The notes under the pieces are model-generated. The model searched no databases. It was not told the DNA's origin and worked only from the letters and a program-made list of their open reading frames with translations. The position numbers and the translations under genes are program-made. A stretch of DNA of 63,635 bases, the filler included, from Chrysochromulina tobinii (taxonomy: Eukaryota), in the NCBI GenBank assembly GCA_001275005.1. It is 7 parts of 7 records of this genome, joined end to end, with 100 filler letters (N's around TTAATTAATTAA, not from the genome) between each part and the next. Parts side by side here need not be neighbours in the genome. Positions count along the whole stretch, not along the records: positions 16,827 to 32,655 come from JWZX01000011.1; 6 more parts are not named here. The stretch is one strand, 5' to 3'. The stretch's first letter is position 1. Each line of letters begins with the position of its first letter. Positions 22,097 through 32,755 of the stretch are shown one piece after another.

Positions 22097-24528
22097 ATGC
22101 TTCGAGGTTCCGACAGCGACGACGACGACGACAAGCCCGTCAAGCGGCGGCGCTCATCCCTGGGCACCTTGCCGACGCAGAGTGTAGCCGAGGTCAGCTT
22201 CGGCGAGTCAGCTCAGCAGCACGAGTATAGCGACGACGAAGACCTCGGCTATGGCAACGGCGCCTCGCACCAGGCGCCGGGTTGGAGCGATTACAAGAAC
22301 ACGGTCGAGGAGGACTTCATGTGCTCACAGACGGACAACCCGGCGCCGCCTCGAACACCCCACGACGCGCGTGCCGGCGGCGCGCACGAGATGCAGGGTG
22401 AGTTCGGGCGCAAGCGCCACCCGAAGAGCATTCAGGACCGCGTGCACGGACAGATCCAGCTCGACGGGCTTCTGGTCGCGGTGATGGACACGGCCGAGTT
22501 CCAGCGCCTTGACCGCATCAAGCAGCTCGGCGGCTGCGTGTACGTCTACCCGTCGGCGACGCACACGCGCAAGGAGCACTCGATCGGCGTCGCGTACCTC
22601 GCGGGGTACATGGCACGCCACCTCCAGTGCGAGCAGCCCGAGCTCGGAATCGACGCGGCCGACGTGCTGTGCGTCGAGCTGGCCGGTCTCGCGCACGATC
22701 TGGGCCACGGCCCGTTCAGCCACATGTTCGAGACCTTCATGAAGCTGCAGGAGAAGGCGGGCGCCACGCACCACTGGGAGCATGAGCCCATGTCGGAGAA
22801 GCTGCTGCGCCAGCTCATCGAACGAAACTGCATCCCGATCTGGGAGTACTTTGACGAATCCGAGGGCTCGCCGCTGTGGAGGCAGCACCTCAACTTCGCC
22901 GTGAATCTCATCTCGGGCCTCTCGCCCGAGAAGACGTGGCCTACCGACCTCGGGCGTGGGCCCGAGAAGCGATTTCTCTTCGACATTGTGAGCAATGCGC
23001 GCAACGGCATCGACGTGGACAAGCTCGATTACCTAGTGCGCGACTCGATGGCGTGCTTCGGCTCGCCCAAGCCCCCCGGCTTCGACATCTATCGCATCAT
23101 CAAGGGCAGCCGCGTCCTCTTCAGGGACACCAACGCGGACGGCCGGCGGCTCTACCCGGAGGTCTGATTGCGTCTGATTGCGTCTGATTGCGTCTGAGTG
23201 CGACTGAGTGCGGCTGAGTGCGGCTGAGTGCGGCTGAGTGCGTTTGAGTGCGTCTGAGTGCGTTCGAGTGCGTCTGAGTGCGTCTGAGTGCGTCTGGGTG
23301 CGTCTGATTGCGTCTGATTGCGTATGATGGTTCCTCTCATCAGGTGTGCTTCCAGGCGAAGAACGCGCTCGAGCTCTCGGAGGTGTATACCTTGCGCGCG
23401 AAGTTGCACCGGCAGCTGTACCAGCATCGGATCGCGAACGTTGCCGAGTCGATGATCACCGACATCTTGCTCGCCGCGGACGCCGACTTCCGGCTGCGCG
23501 GCCCCGACGGCCACCCTCTCAAGCTCTCGGAGGCCGCACACAACCCGGCGGCCTTTTCACGCCTGACCGACTCGATCTTGGATGCGATCGACCTGTCGAT
23601 GAGCGATGGGCTCGAGCAGGCGCACGATCTGCTCGAGAGGCTCAAGCGGCGTGACTTCTACTGCCAGGTGGGCAAGGAGATCTCGCTGGCCACGCTCCCG
23701 CGCTGCGTCAAATGCGGCAACGAGACGCGCATAGAGGCCAGGTACTGCTCCGAGTGTGGCACGTCGACGGCGACTCGCAAGTCGGTCCCCGACAAGAGCG
23801 GGTTTGCGATCGCGCCTACCGAGGCGATCACTGAGGCGTCCGCCGCTGCGGAGATCCTCAAGCGCTGCGAGCCGCCGAGCGTGCGCGACGAGATCATCGC
23901 GGCGAACGCTCTGCTCGTTAAGATCGTCAAAATCTCGCATGGCAAGTCGATGCCGCGAGACGACCCCCATCTTGGATTCAAGTGGGCAGTCTACGACCCT
24001 CTCGCGCACATAGGCTTCTACAACCCCAAGGACGTCGACGAGCACGGTCGCATGCGCGAGCGTATCTTTTGGTTAACCAAGGAGAAGCTCCCTGGCGACG
24101 TGTTGCCGAGCGCGTACGTCACGCTCACTCTCTTCTGCTACCTTCGCTCGGCGGGGCCGTGCCGGCCGGACGATCCGGAGCTCACCTGGTCTCACTCGAT
24201 CACCAAGGCGATCCAGAGCTTCCGTGACGAATCGAAGCTCGTCGACCAAGAGGGCACCTCCAACTGCCCCACGCCCAGCCATGGGCAGCACACTCATGAG
24301 CGCAGTGTGGGCAACACGCCGCGCGCCTCCGCCCTCTCGCTGTCAGCCGCGCGAGGGCACGGGGCGGCGCATGACCGCTCGCGCCCTCCCACGGGCGAGC
24401 GGCCGAGCCAACGCGCCCATTCACAGCGCCTCGGGAGCCATTCACAACCCTTCGGGAGCCAGTCGCTCGAGGGGATCCGCGAAGAGTCGCAGCAGTCGTC
24501 GGGCTCGAGTGCACCGAACCAGCTCTGA
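22097..24528 (+). CDS. SAMHD1: SAMHD1-like HD-domain dNTP triphosphohydrolase with zinc ribbon; intron 23162-23343
   Basis: IQDRVHG, FQRLDRIKQLG, ATHTRKEHSIGV, AHDLGHGPFSH, DVDKLDYLVRD, RAKLHRQLYQH, LTDSIL; CxxC-x10-CxxC insert. Confidence 0.9.
23162..23343 (+). repeat. Intron made of 10-bp tandem units GTCTGA(T/G)TGC
   Basis: About 16 consecutive 10-mers from the GT donor, ending CCTCTCATCAG. Confidence 0.9.
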
Positions 24529-25407
24529 GAGGCACTCTGCTGTGACGGTGTGGCAAGGGGTTGCATAATCAGATGCCGTCTGCCCGTCCCCCTCTGCGGC
24601 CGTCGGGCCGTGTGGCTGTGCCGTGAGCGTGTCACCCGTGGCCGTGAGGTGGGCGTGCACACAAATTCCAGACTAAAAATTCTGCTGTGTAGTAGGCGTG
24701 TAGCATTGTGGTAGTCCGAACGATACCGTACCGTGTGGTAAGCCGAAGGTCCGGTCTCGAAACCCGCACGTCGCATGTGCGATCGCGCGCGGCGCCCACG
24801 CGCCCGCGCGCCCGTCAACCCCTCGCCTCAAGCGACGCTACGCGGCGCGGCCCGAGGCCCGAGCCGCAGGCGCGAGGAAACCATACAGAATTGCGATCCC
24901 AGACAAGCCGAGCGATGCTCGCCTGTCGTCCGAGACCATGCTCGTCGTACCATGTCGAGCCGCGGTCGTCGTACGTCGAGAATGTTCCATGCGAGAATCG
25001 CTCGGCTCCCGCAACCTCGGCTTCCGGCCTACCGTACCGCGAGATCGTTACTGCTCTTTCGACGATGTGACGGATGTTGTATCCCGCTTGTGCGCTCGGC
25101 TTGTTCTCGGCTTGTTCTTCGGCCGTTTACACTATTTTGTTCGATCATCGTTGCGTGTCGCCATGTTGAAACACGCGGCGCGCGCGCGCGCCGCGGCATC
25201 GCCGTCGGCACGAACCCCTACTCGGCTCCGCGTTTTACCCCTTCGCGTGTCCTCGTGTCCACAACCCGAGCCGTATTCGAATGCTAAAGAGGCGACACGA
25301 TGCCACCCCACCGCGTAACCACGGCGCATGCACCCGAACGAACGGCCTCCCTCCGCCCTGCAGCAGCGCAGCCGCCTCATCCCCCCCCCTCCCACGGGCC
25401 ACGCCCT

Positions 25408-26823
25408 CTACTTTTCATGGCTCCGCTCGCTAAGGCTCGTCGAGGCCGACCGCCGGACAGAGGCAAGGATGCCAATGGGGCCTATCGGGCGGCGGCAGAG
25501 CGGGCAGCCCGGATGGACGGCCTCGGCACAGTGCGTGCAGCGGCACGCGCTGTCCTCGCGTCCGGCCAGTTTCGAGTGCACGTGCTTTCGCGTGCACGTG
25601 ATGCAGAAATTGTGACCGCAATCCAAAGTGACGAGCTCGTCCGGATCATCAATCTCCGAGAGGCAGATCGAGCATTCGACCGCACACTCCCCGCATCCGA
25701 GTGGAGCGGCGGCTGCCGCGCTCAGCACCGCCCTCGTCGACGACTCCTCCGAGTGGCCGGTGCGCAGCTCCAGATCGATGCGCTGAGCCAGTTCAATGCG
25801 CTCGTCGTCTGTGCCGCGCTCCATGAGGCTGGCGAGGATACCCCACGCACCCCTCACGATCGTCAGCTCTGTGGGGAACGCGCGGACGGCCGCGGCGGCG
25901 GCGGCGTCGCCGCCCGCGCCGACAACGGCCGCGCAGCCAGAGGCGCCGCGAGCGGAGAGGGCGAGAAGGATGCCGAGAGCCTCCTCAAGATGGCGCCATT
26001 TGCCAAGGTGATCTTCAAGAGCGTGGAGCTTGGCGATCTGCTCCGGCTTCACTCGCTCGAGGATCACCTTGGTCGCACCCGCCGCGCTCCGCTGCCACAC
26101 GTCGCGTAGGCTCATCGGCAGCGGCTCGCCTTCGCCGTCGTCGTCCGCGCCGTCGCCCTCGGCGGCCGCATCGTTCGCCTCATCACCGCGGCTCTCACCG
26201 TCGTCCTCGTCGCCCTGTGGAAGGTCGAGCGGTTCGGCGCCTCCCCCCAGTAGAGTGTGGAGCGTGCTCATCTGGACACTCGAGATCGCAAAGGAGGTGG
26301 CGCCCTGAGGAATGACTTGCATGCTCGAGAGGAGCTCATCGGGCACCCCCGCGCTACGCAGGGCCTCGAGGAGCGTGCCTCTCTCGGGGCCTCTCCCGGA
26401 GGTCATCGAGTCGAACGCCACCGCCGCCGCGGACGCCCGCCGTGGTGCCGTGATGGACGCTGTGTTGGGCACTGTGGAGCTCGGCGCTGTGCTGGGCACT
26501 GTGGAGCTCGGCGCTGTGCTGGACACTGTGGAGCTCGGCGCTGTGTTGGGCGTTGGGTTGGGTTCATGCCAACCAGCGCCAGCCGGAGCCTCCGGAGCGC
26601 CCAACACAGCGCCCAACACCGCGCCCAACACAGCGCCAGCCGGAGCCGCCGGAGCGCCCTCCGCAAAAGCACCGTCCACCGCCGAGCGCACAATGTCGGC
26701 CACCGCCACCGCCACCGCCTCGGTCACCTCTGGCGCCACCCCCGAGGCCACCCCCGACGCTACCCCTGAGGCCACCGGCAGCTCGAATGGCCGAGGCGGC
26801 GCCGGGTCTGTGGCTGGCCCATG

Positions 26824-26875
<52 letters not shown>

Positions 26876-28640
26876 TTGTCCTCGGGCGGCAGCGCCGCAA
26901 GGGCCTCCACAGTGGCGTCGTGAGCTGCGCCGCGCGCGCGGCGGCCGCGCCTACTCCGACGCAGCAGCCGGCGAGGCGCCATGTGGTGCGGCGGCATCGA
27001 GGCGACGCCGCGGCGCGCGAGTCCGCCGACCGCCGTGAGCTCCGCCACGTCGACGGCCACGGCGGCGGCGTCCACGCTCGGGTCGAAGACGTAGATCATC
27101 GTGCTCAGCAGGCGCAGCGCCGAGGCACACGCGTCCGAGCCAATGTCAAACTCGTTTGGTACGCGCTCGAGCACGGCGAGCGCGCCGGCGTGCGCACGCG
27201 CGCGCCAGCACAGGTCGGGCCGGTCCGCTGAGCCCTCAGCGAGCGCGACGAAGAAGGTGAGCGCGCACGCGCATTGCTCATCGGACGCAATCTCGAGGCC
27301 CTCGTCCAATGCCCGTCGCGCGGCCCGCAACGCGCCCGCCGCCCGCAGCGGAGCCACCACGCGCTCGTCGCCCGTGACCAGGTGGGAGAGCGCCATGAGT
27401 GCGGGCGTACGCGCCTCGGACAAGGCGTCGAAGTTCGTGAGCGCGCGCACGACGGCGCTCGCGACGCCTGCCCGACAGAGCGCGGCGAGGTCGTGGTCAT
27501 GGGCGATCAGGCCTGCAAGCAACGGCCGGTCGGCATCGTTGGTCAGGTTGGTGAAGAGGCCGCACGCTCGCGAGGCAACCACCTCGTCGTCGTGGAAGGT
27601 TGTGAGGGCGCGCAGCGTCGCTTGCACCACCCGCGTCGTGCGCAGGGGGTTTGGATGCTCCATGGCGATCTCGCGCAGCGTGGTCAGGACCGCCGTCGCC
27701 ACCTCCACGTCCTCAGGCTGCGCATCGAGGGCGCTCAGGCACACCGCCACGCCGTCGCCTCGCAGCACGCGGCCCGTATGGTCGTTTGCAGCGAGCGCCA
27801 TGATCGCGCGCGTCGCGTCGCGCACCACCTGCGCGTCGGTCGACTGCTCGCGCAGCACCTTGCTCAGCGCCTCGAGGCCTCCGTGAGTGAGCACCGCCTC
27901 CCGCCCCGCACTCGCACCGCGCTGCACGGAGTGCACGATGGTGCTCGCCTCGACGCGCGCAGACGTGTCGCGCGCGGCACCGCCCTGGCCGTCAGCTTCG
28001 TCAGCTTCGTCAGCTTGCGCCGCGCCCTCGACGCCGTCACCGTCGCCTCCTCCGCCTCCTTCGCCTCCTCCGCCCCGCCGCCATCCTCCTCCTCCTCCTG
28101 CTCCTTGAGCGGCGCGCGGCCGGAGGTCGAGCTCAACGAGGAACTCCACCCCGCCGCCGCACGCGCCGCCGCAGCACGGACAGAGCCCGTTGAGCGCGAG
28201 GAGCCCGAGGAGCTCGGAGCCGTAGCTCGCGATCTCCGCGTGCCCCACGTGCAGCTGCATCGCGCCCACGACCAGCGCGATCGGGTGAGGCGACGCAGTC
28301 GACGCGACCAGTGCACGGCGCGCGGAGTCGTGCGAGACCAAATTTCGGAGAGCCACGACGGCAGCGGCCTGCACGTCCGCCCAGTACGCGACGGCCTCCA
28401 TCATCTCGGCCAGCACGTGTGCCGCGCCCGCGCGATGGCACGCCCGCCCGCCGTCGTCCGCCCACGACAGCGCCTTGAGGCATTCACAGCCCCAGCGGAA
28501 CAGCTGGCGCATCGCCCACCGTTCCGCCGGGGCGAGCCGCGCCGCTTGGCTCGCCTCCGACGAGGGCGCCGACGAGGGCAGCACGAGCTCGGTCGCGTCC
28601 TCTTGGCAGTCGAGCGCCCGGCGAAGCGTCGTGACGAGCA

Positions 28641-28672
<32 letters not shown>

Positions 28673-29439
28673 ACGCGCGCGGCGTCGGGCGCGGCGACGG
28701 GCGCTGCATCGGGCGCGGCGACGGTTGGCCCCGACGACGGTGGCACGGGCACTGGGCGTGGGCCGATGGCGCACCGAATGGCCAGCGCATCGCCGCGCAC
28801 CAGGAAGCGGAGCGCGCGGAGGAACCTCCACGGCAGCGCGGACGTCGGATCGCCCGAGATGGCCGAGAGCGCCACGTGGATGGAGCGCTGCTTCGTGCGC
28901 AGCAGGGGGCTGTTGGGCGCGCTCACGTGGTCCAGTGCGGCCGAGATCTTCTCGGCAAGATCGCCGAACGTGTCGCACGCGCGCGTGAGCGATTCGTCGT
29001 CGTTTTCAGAAGCTCGAGTGAGACTCGAACGGGTCGAATGAGTCGACCCGCCGGACTCGGAATCCGCGTCCGCAGGCGACATTGCGGCAGCCGGCACGCT
29101 GATACCGCCTCTCTTACGGAGCCGCGCCTCGACCTCCTCCGTCTGTGCATCGAGCGCCCTTCGCGTGAGCTCTCTGTCCTGGGCCTCTTGTTCCTTCGTG
29201 GCCTCGGTGAGGTTCTCCGCCTTGAGGCTCACGCTGAGCACCTCATAGCACTCCGACGAGCCCACGTCTCCTCTTCTCGGAGTGACCGACAGCACATGGT
29301 ACCTGCCCTTCTGCCTGTTGTACTCGCCGACCGTGGCGATGCGGCCGTTGAGCATTGGCTTCGAAGTTATCCCCGAGAGGACGACGCACTTGCCTGCGAG
29401 GGCTTCGACGGGCGGGGGCTCGGATGAGCCTCGCGTCAT
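25408..29439 (-). CDS. SH3-like + ARM-repeat + C-terminal RING finger protein (putative E3 ligase)
   Basis: GITSKPMLNGRIATV..GRYHV..LKAENL; ARM-like helices; CSIC..LDCGHNFCITC..CPLCR. An unseen intron is possible. Confidence 0.75.
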
Positions 29440-29572
29440 GGCTCGCAAGATCGCCAAACGCACGTGAATGAAGGCGCTGTGAAGAGAGTGAACACTTTCA
29501 GGTGGGCACCTGGCATCAGAGTCCAAACATGGTAGCTTCGCTCGGGTGTTCTGCCGCGGCTAGCGATTGATC

Positions 29573-31198
29573 ATGCGACGGACGCGGGACGACGACGACG
29601 GCGGCGGACGCGCCGTGCGCGCGCGTGCCGACTCGAACGCACCGCTGCTGGCTCTGCCGGCGCCCGTTTCGTTGCTTACCACCGCGATCCAGGCCATACG
29701 GGACACTACGGACCCGATCAAGCTCTTCCAGGTGGACACTGAAAATGGTCCGAAGGACAATGTCGGGCGCGAGGCTGACGCCCGTCGAGTGCGCAATCAG
29801 CTTCTCCTACAGGCTCACCCGGACAGAGGACCTCCCGATGAGAAACCGCTCCGGGATGCCGCCACGGTGAACATTAACACGTTGTTCGATCTGTACGTCC
29901 GATCGCTTAGGCCGGTGCTGCCGTCTGCGGCAGGTGCGAGCGCCGAGCTGCAAAACCCAGAGGCCATCGACTACGCGGGCGGGGCTGGCTCGAGCGGCGG
30001 TGGGGCTGGCTCGAGCGATGGCAAAGCCGATTCGGGCCTGCGCGTGCGCATTCGGCGGCTCCTCTCGGAACCGAGGAAATCTTTGAATGGCAGCTACGGC
30101 AACGTGGAGGGTGAGGAGGATGGGCGCGTGCTCGTTCGCGTTGACGGGCACGATCAGCTCTTCAAGTTGAAGCCCGAGAACCTGAGGCGGGTGGACGCAG
30201 CCACGGTGCGTGGCGGCGCGCTCGAGTTCCTGCAGCTGCAGGCGGAGACCGAATTCGAGGATCTAGACGCGCAGGGACGTGCCGTGTCCAAGTCACCGTC
30301 GCTCCTCTATTCCGAGGGCGGCCCGCAGTCGCACCGGTTCAAGCTGCAGACGTACAGCGGCTTTGGGTTCGCGAACATGCTCGACCTGAGCGACCCGTCG
30401 GTTCCGTTCTTCGACCCGATGGCCGCGAACCGCTGCGTGTCGGACGATGTCGTTGCGACGCGTGTCACGCAGAATCTGGTGCGCGTGCACGAGGGTCTCC
30501 CTTACCATGACTTTGGACTGATCTCCCTCGCCGCGGTGCGCTACCCGCCGGAGAAGCAGCACAGGGACGGGCGACCGCGCTTCTTCGTGCTCGACGGGCA
30601 GCACCGGCTGATGGCGATGAAGGGTCTCGTAGACGAGGGACCGGCGCGCGCGCCCGGCGCCAGGGACATTCGCTTTCAGATCTCGGTGCGCGTCGTGGAT
30701 GACATGGAGGCGGCGAACGCGGCCTTGCGCGAGATGCAGGACTGCTACATGCCTGATTTGCGCTGCTTCTTCGATACAGAAGGAGAGGGGCCCCTCGCCG
30801 GCGAGGTACTTGCCCTCGCACGCCTCAGGTGGCCACGTGCCTTTGTGCGCCTCGACATCCGTGCTGACCGGCGTGGCTCAACCAAGCTGGTGCCGGATCG
30901 ACCGAAGCTCGACGACGGCTGCTTCTTCACGCTGCTGCGCGACGCGGGGATGCTCGCGCGAGGGTTGAAGGAGGTCAAGGAGGGCCGTGCCGAGGGCTCG
31001 ACCTTGGCGAACGTCCTCTTCGCACAGCTACTCCAGATCAATGATGCGATCAGGGCAGCCGGCCCCCCTGGCAACCGCTCGGAGGCCCGCTTCCGCCAGT
31101 GCGAAGAGAGAGAGAGCGGCTGCTGGCTTGGCTACTACCGCCCTGACGAGGACGGGGAGAAGACGCTCGAGGCTCTCGCGCGCAGGGGGCTCGTTTGA
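29573..31198 (+). CDS. J-domain-like + SH3-like + DGQHR (ParB/DndB-like) domain protein
   Basis: LLQAHPDRG..INTLFD (HPD at 29816-29824); LNGSYGNV..GRVLV..LKPENL; FFVLDGQHRLMAM (30593-30607). Confidence 0.75.
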   Translation: MRRTRDDDDGGGRAVRARADSNAPLLALPAPVSLLTTAIQAIRDTTDPIKLFQVDTENGPKDNVGREADARRVRNQLLLQAHPDRGPPDEKPLRDAATVNINTLFDLYVRSLRPVLPSAAGASAELQNPEAIDYAGGAGSSGGGAGSSDGKADSGLRVRIRRLLSEPRKSLNGSYGNVEGEEDGRVLVRVDGHDQLFKLKPENLRRVDAATVRGGALEFLQLQAETEFEDLDAQGRAVSKSPSLLYSEGGPQSHRFKLQTYSGFGFANMLDLSDPSVPFFDPMAANRCVSDDVVATRVTQNLVRVHEGLPYHDFGLISLAAVRYPPEKQHRDGRPRFFVLDGQHRLMAMKGLVDEGPARAPGARDIRFQISVRVVDDMEAANAALREMQDCYMPDLRCFFDTEGEGPLAGEVLALARLRWPRAFVRLDIRADRRGSTKLVPDRPKLDDGCFFTLLRDAGMLARGLKEVKEGRAEGSTLANVLFAQLLQINDAIRAAGPPGNRSEARFRQCEERESGCWLGYYRPDEDGEKTLEALARRGLV

Positions 31199-31393
31199 AA
31201 TAGTGTCCTCTCGCCTCGCCTCTGCCGCCAACGGCGGTTGCGCCACTGGCTTTGCGCCCCGGGGCATGCAGTTTCAGAAACGTGCTCGAACCTAAAGTGT
31301 GTGATTCACGAAACCTCGCAAACGAGTCGACATCCCACACCTCCCCGTTCGGGACTTACGTTCGGGACCGTTGGGGCGACCGGGGCATTCACA

Positions 31394-32494
31394 ATGAGAA
31401 AGGAGGGGCTGTCGAGTCGACGTCCGCGCATGCGTCTCGAACCTCATCAGCTGCTCGCCTTCGAGCGTCACGGGCACCTCACACAACACGGGTTGCTTCC
31501 CGCTGCGCGCGTGCGCGAGCTTGGCCGTACAGTCGACGCCGTGTACGAAGCGCGGAAACTCGATGCGTACCGCCAAAAAGTCCGGGTGCTCTTTGGTGAG
31601 GAGCAACTGGCTGGTGTAGAGGGCTTCGGTCTGCCCGCGCTGCAGCGCCTCGTCGATGGTTTGCCTGAAGGCTCCGTTCCATTCATGCAAACGTTCAACA
31701 TGTGGAGGAGCTGCGAGGCCATCGGCACCCTTGCAGCGTCCGAGGAGCTTGCTGGCACTGCTGCTGCTCTCCTCGGTTCCAAGCGGCTTCGGCTCTACCA
31801 AGACTCGCTGTTTGTGAAGCGGCCTTTGGACGGACCAACTCACTGGCACAGCGACCTTGCCATGGCACCGCTGGATACGAATGCCTTCGTGACGGCCTGG
31901 CTCCCTCTCCAGCCCGTGCCCGCCGAGAAGGACGGCGGCTCGGCCCTCATCTTTGCTACCGGCTCTCATCGGGACGTGGCGCTCCACTTTTGGCATGGCG
32001 ACCCGAAGGAGGAGGTGGACGCTTCGAGCCGTGGGTACGTTGAGCGCACGACCGCCGCCCTCGAGCTCGGCGACGCCACGTGGCATCATGGCTGGACGCT
32101 CCATTGTGCCTCAGCGAACCGGCTCCGAACGCCGCGCCGTGCCCTGGCGCTTTCCTTTTTCGCCGACGACGAGGGCCTCGGGCGGGCGTCACGCCTGAGA
32201 GCGCCCCGGCGCACAGTGCATTGCGAGGATGCCGAGTCCTACCAGGCGTGGCTGCCTGACGTGCGCCCGGGTCGAGCGGCGCGCCACCCGTTGCTGCCGC
32301 TCGTGTGGGACGATGGGCCAGTGCCAGCACCAGCGCCATTGCCATCACCAGGGCAAGCGCGATCAGCAGGAGGAGGGGCCATGGCGGGAAGCGAACATCT
32401 GCGACAGCGCCCAAACGCAAGCCCCAGCGCAAGCCGCAACAAAGCCGTGCGCGGAGCGGACGGGCGTGTGGAGAAAAGTGTCAAGAAGCACTGA
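31394..32494 (+). CDS. Phytanoyl-CoA dioxygenase (PhyH) family protein
   Basis: FERHGH, LYQDSLFVK, THWHSD, TAWLPL, GSHR, GDATWHHGWTLH, RRAL. Confidence 0.85.
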   Translation: MRKEGLSSRRPRMRLEPHQLLAFERHGHLTQHGLLPAARVRELGRTVDAVYEARKLDAYRQKVRVLFGEEQLAGVEGFGLPALQRLVDGLPEGSVPFMQTFNMWRSCEAIGTLAASEELAGTAAALLGSKRLRLYQDSLFVKRPLDGPTHWHSDLAMAPLDTNAFVTAWLPLQPVPAEKDGGSALIFATGSHRDVALHFWHGDPKEEVDASSRGYVERTTAALELGDATWHHGWTLHCASANRLRTPRRALALSFFADDEGLGRASRLRAPRRTVHCEDAESYQAWLPDVRPGRAARHPLLPLVWDDGPVPAPAPLPSPGQARSAGGGAMAGSEHLRQRPNASPSASRNKAVRGADGRVEKSVKKH

Positions 32495-32655
32495 AGTTAA
32501 GAACAGACGGACGAATAACCGTAAGCCGACTTCACCACTGAGTTCAAAATCAGGTGGTGGGGATAGTTGAAGAGCCAGTAGTTGACATGCTGTTGTACTA
32601 AGACGTACTGGGTTTCACTGTTAGTATGCTCCACTGAGCTGTGCACTGGCGCCAC

Positions 32656-32755
32656 NNNNNNNNNNNNNNNNNNNNNNNNNNNNNNNNNNNNNNNNNNNNT
32701 TAATTAATTAANNNNNNNNNNNNNNNNNNNNNNNNNNNNNNNNNNNNNNNNNNNN
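32656..32755. other. Artificial contig spacer
   Basis: N44-TTAATTAATTAA-N44. Confidence 0.99.

Noticed and set aside
26823..26878. (CTG)n microsatellite and 9-bp repeats at 17631-17684
   Set aside because: Ordinary coding low-complexity tracts (poly-Ser, QQA).
27274..29427. Long antisense ORFs (717 aa here; also 50348-52189 and 39370-40431)
   Set aside because: Shadows of real genes caused by high GC3; no motifs.
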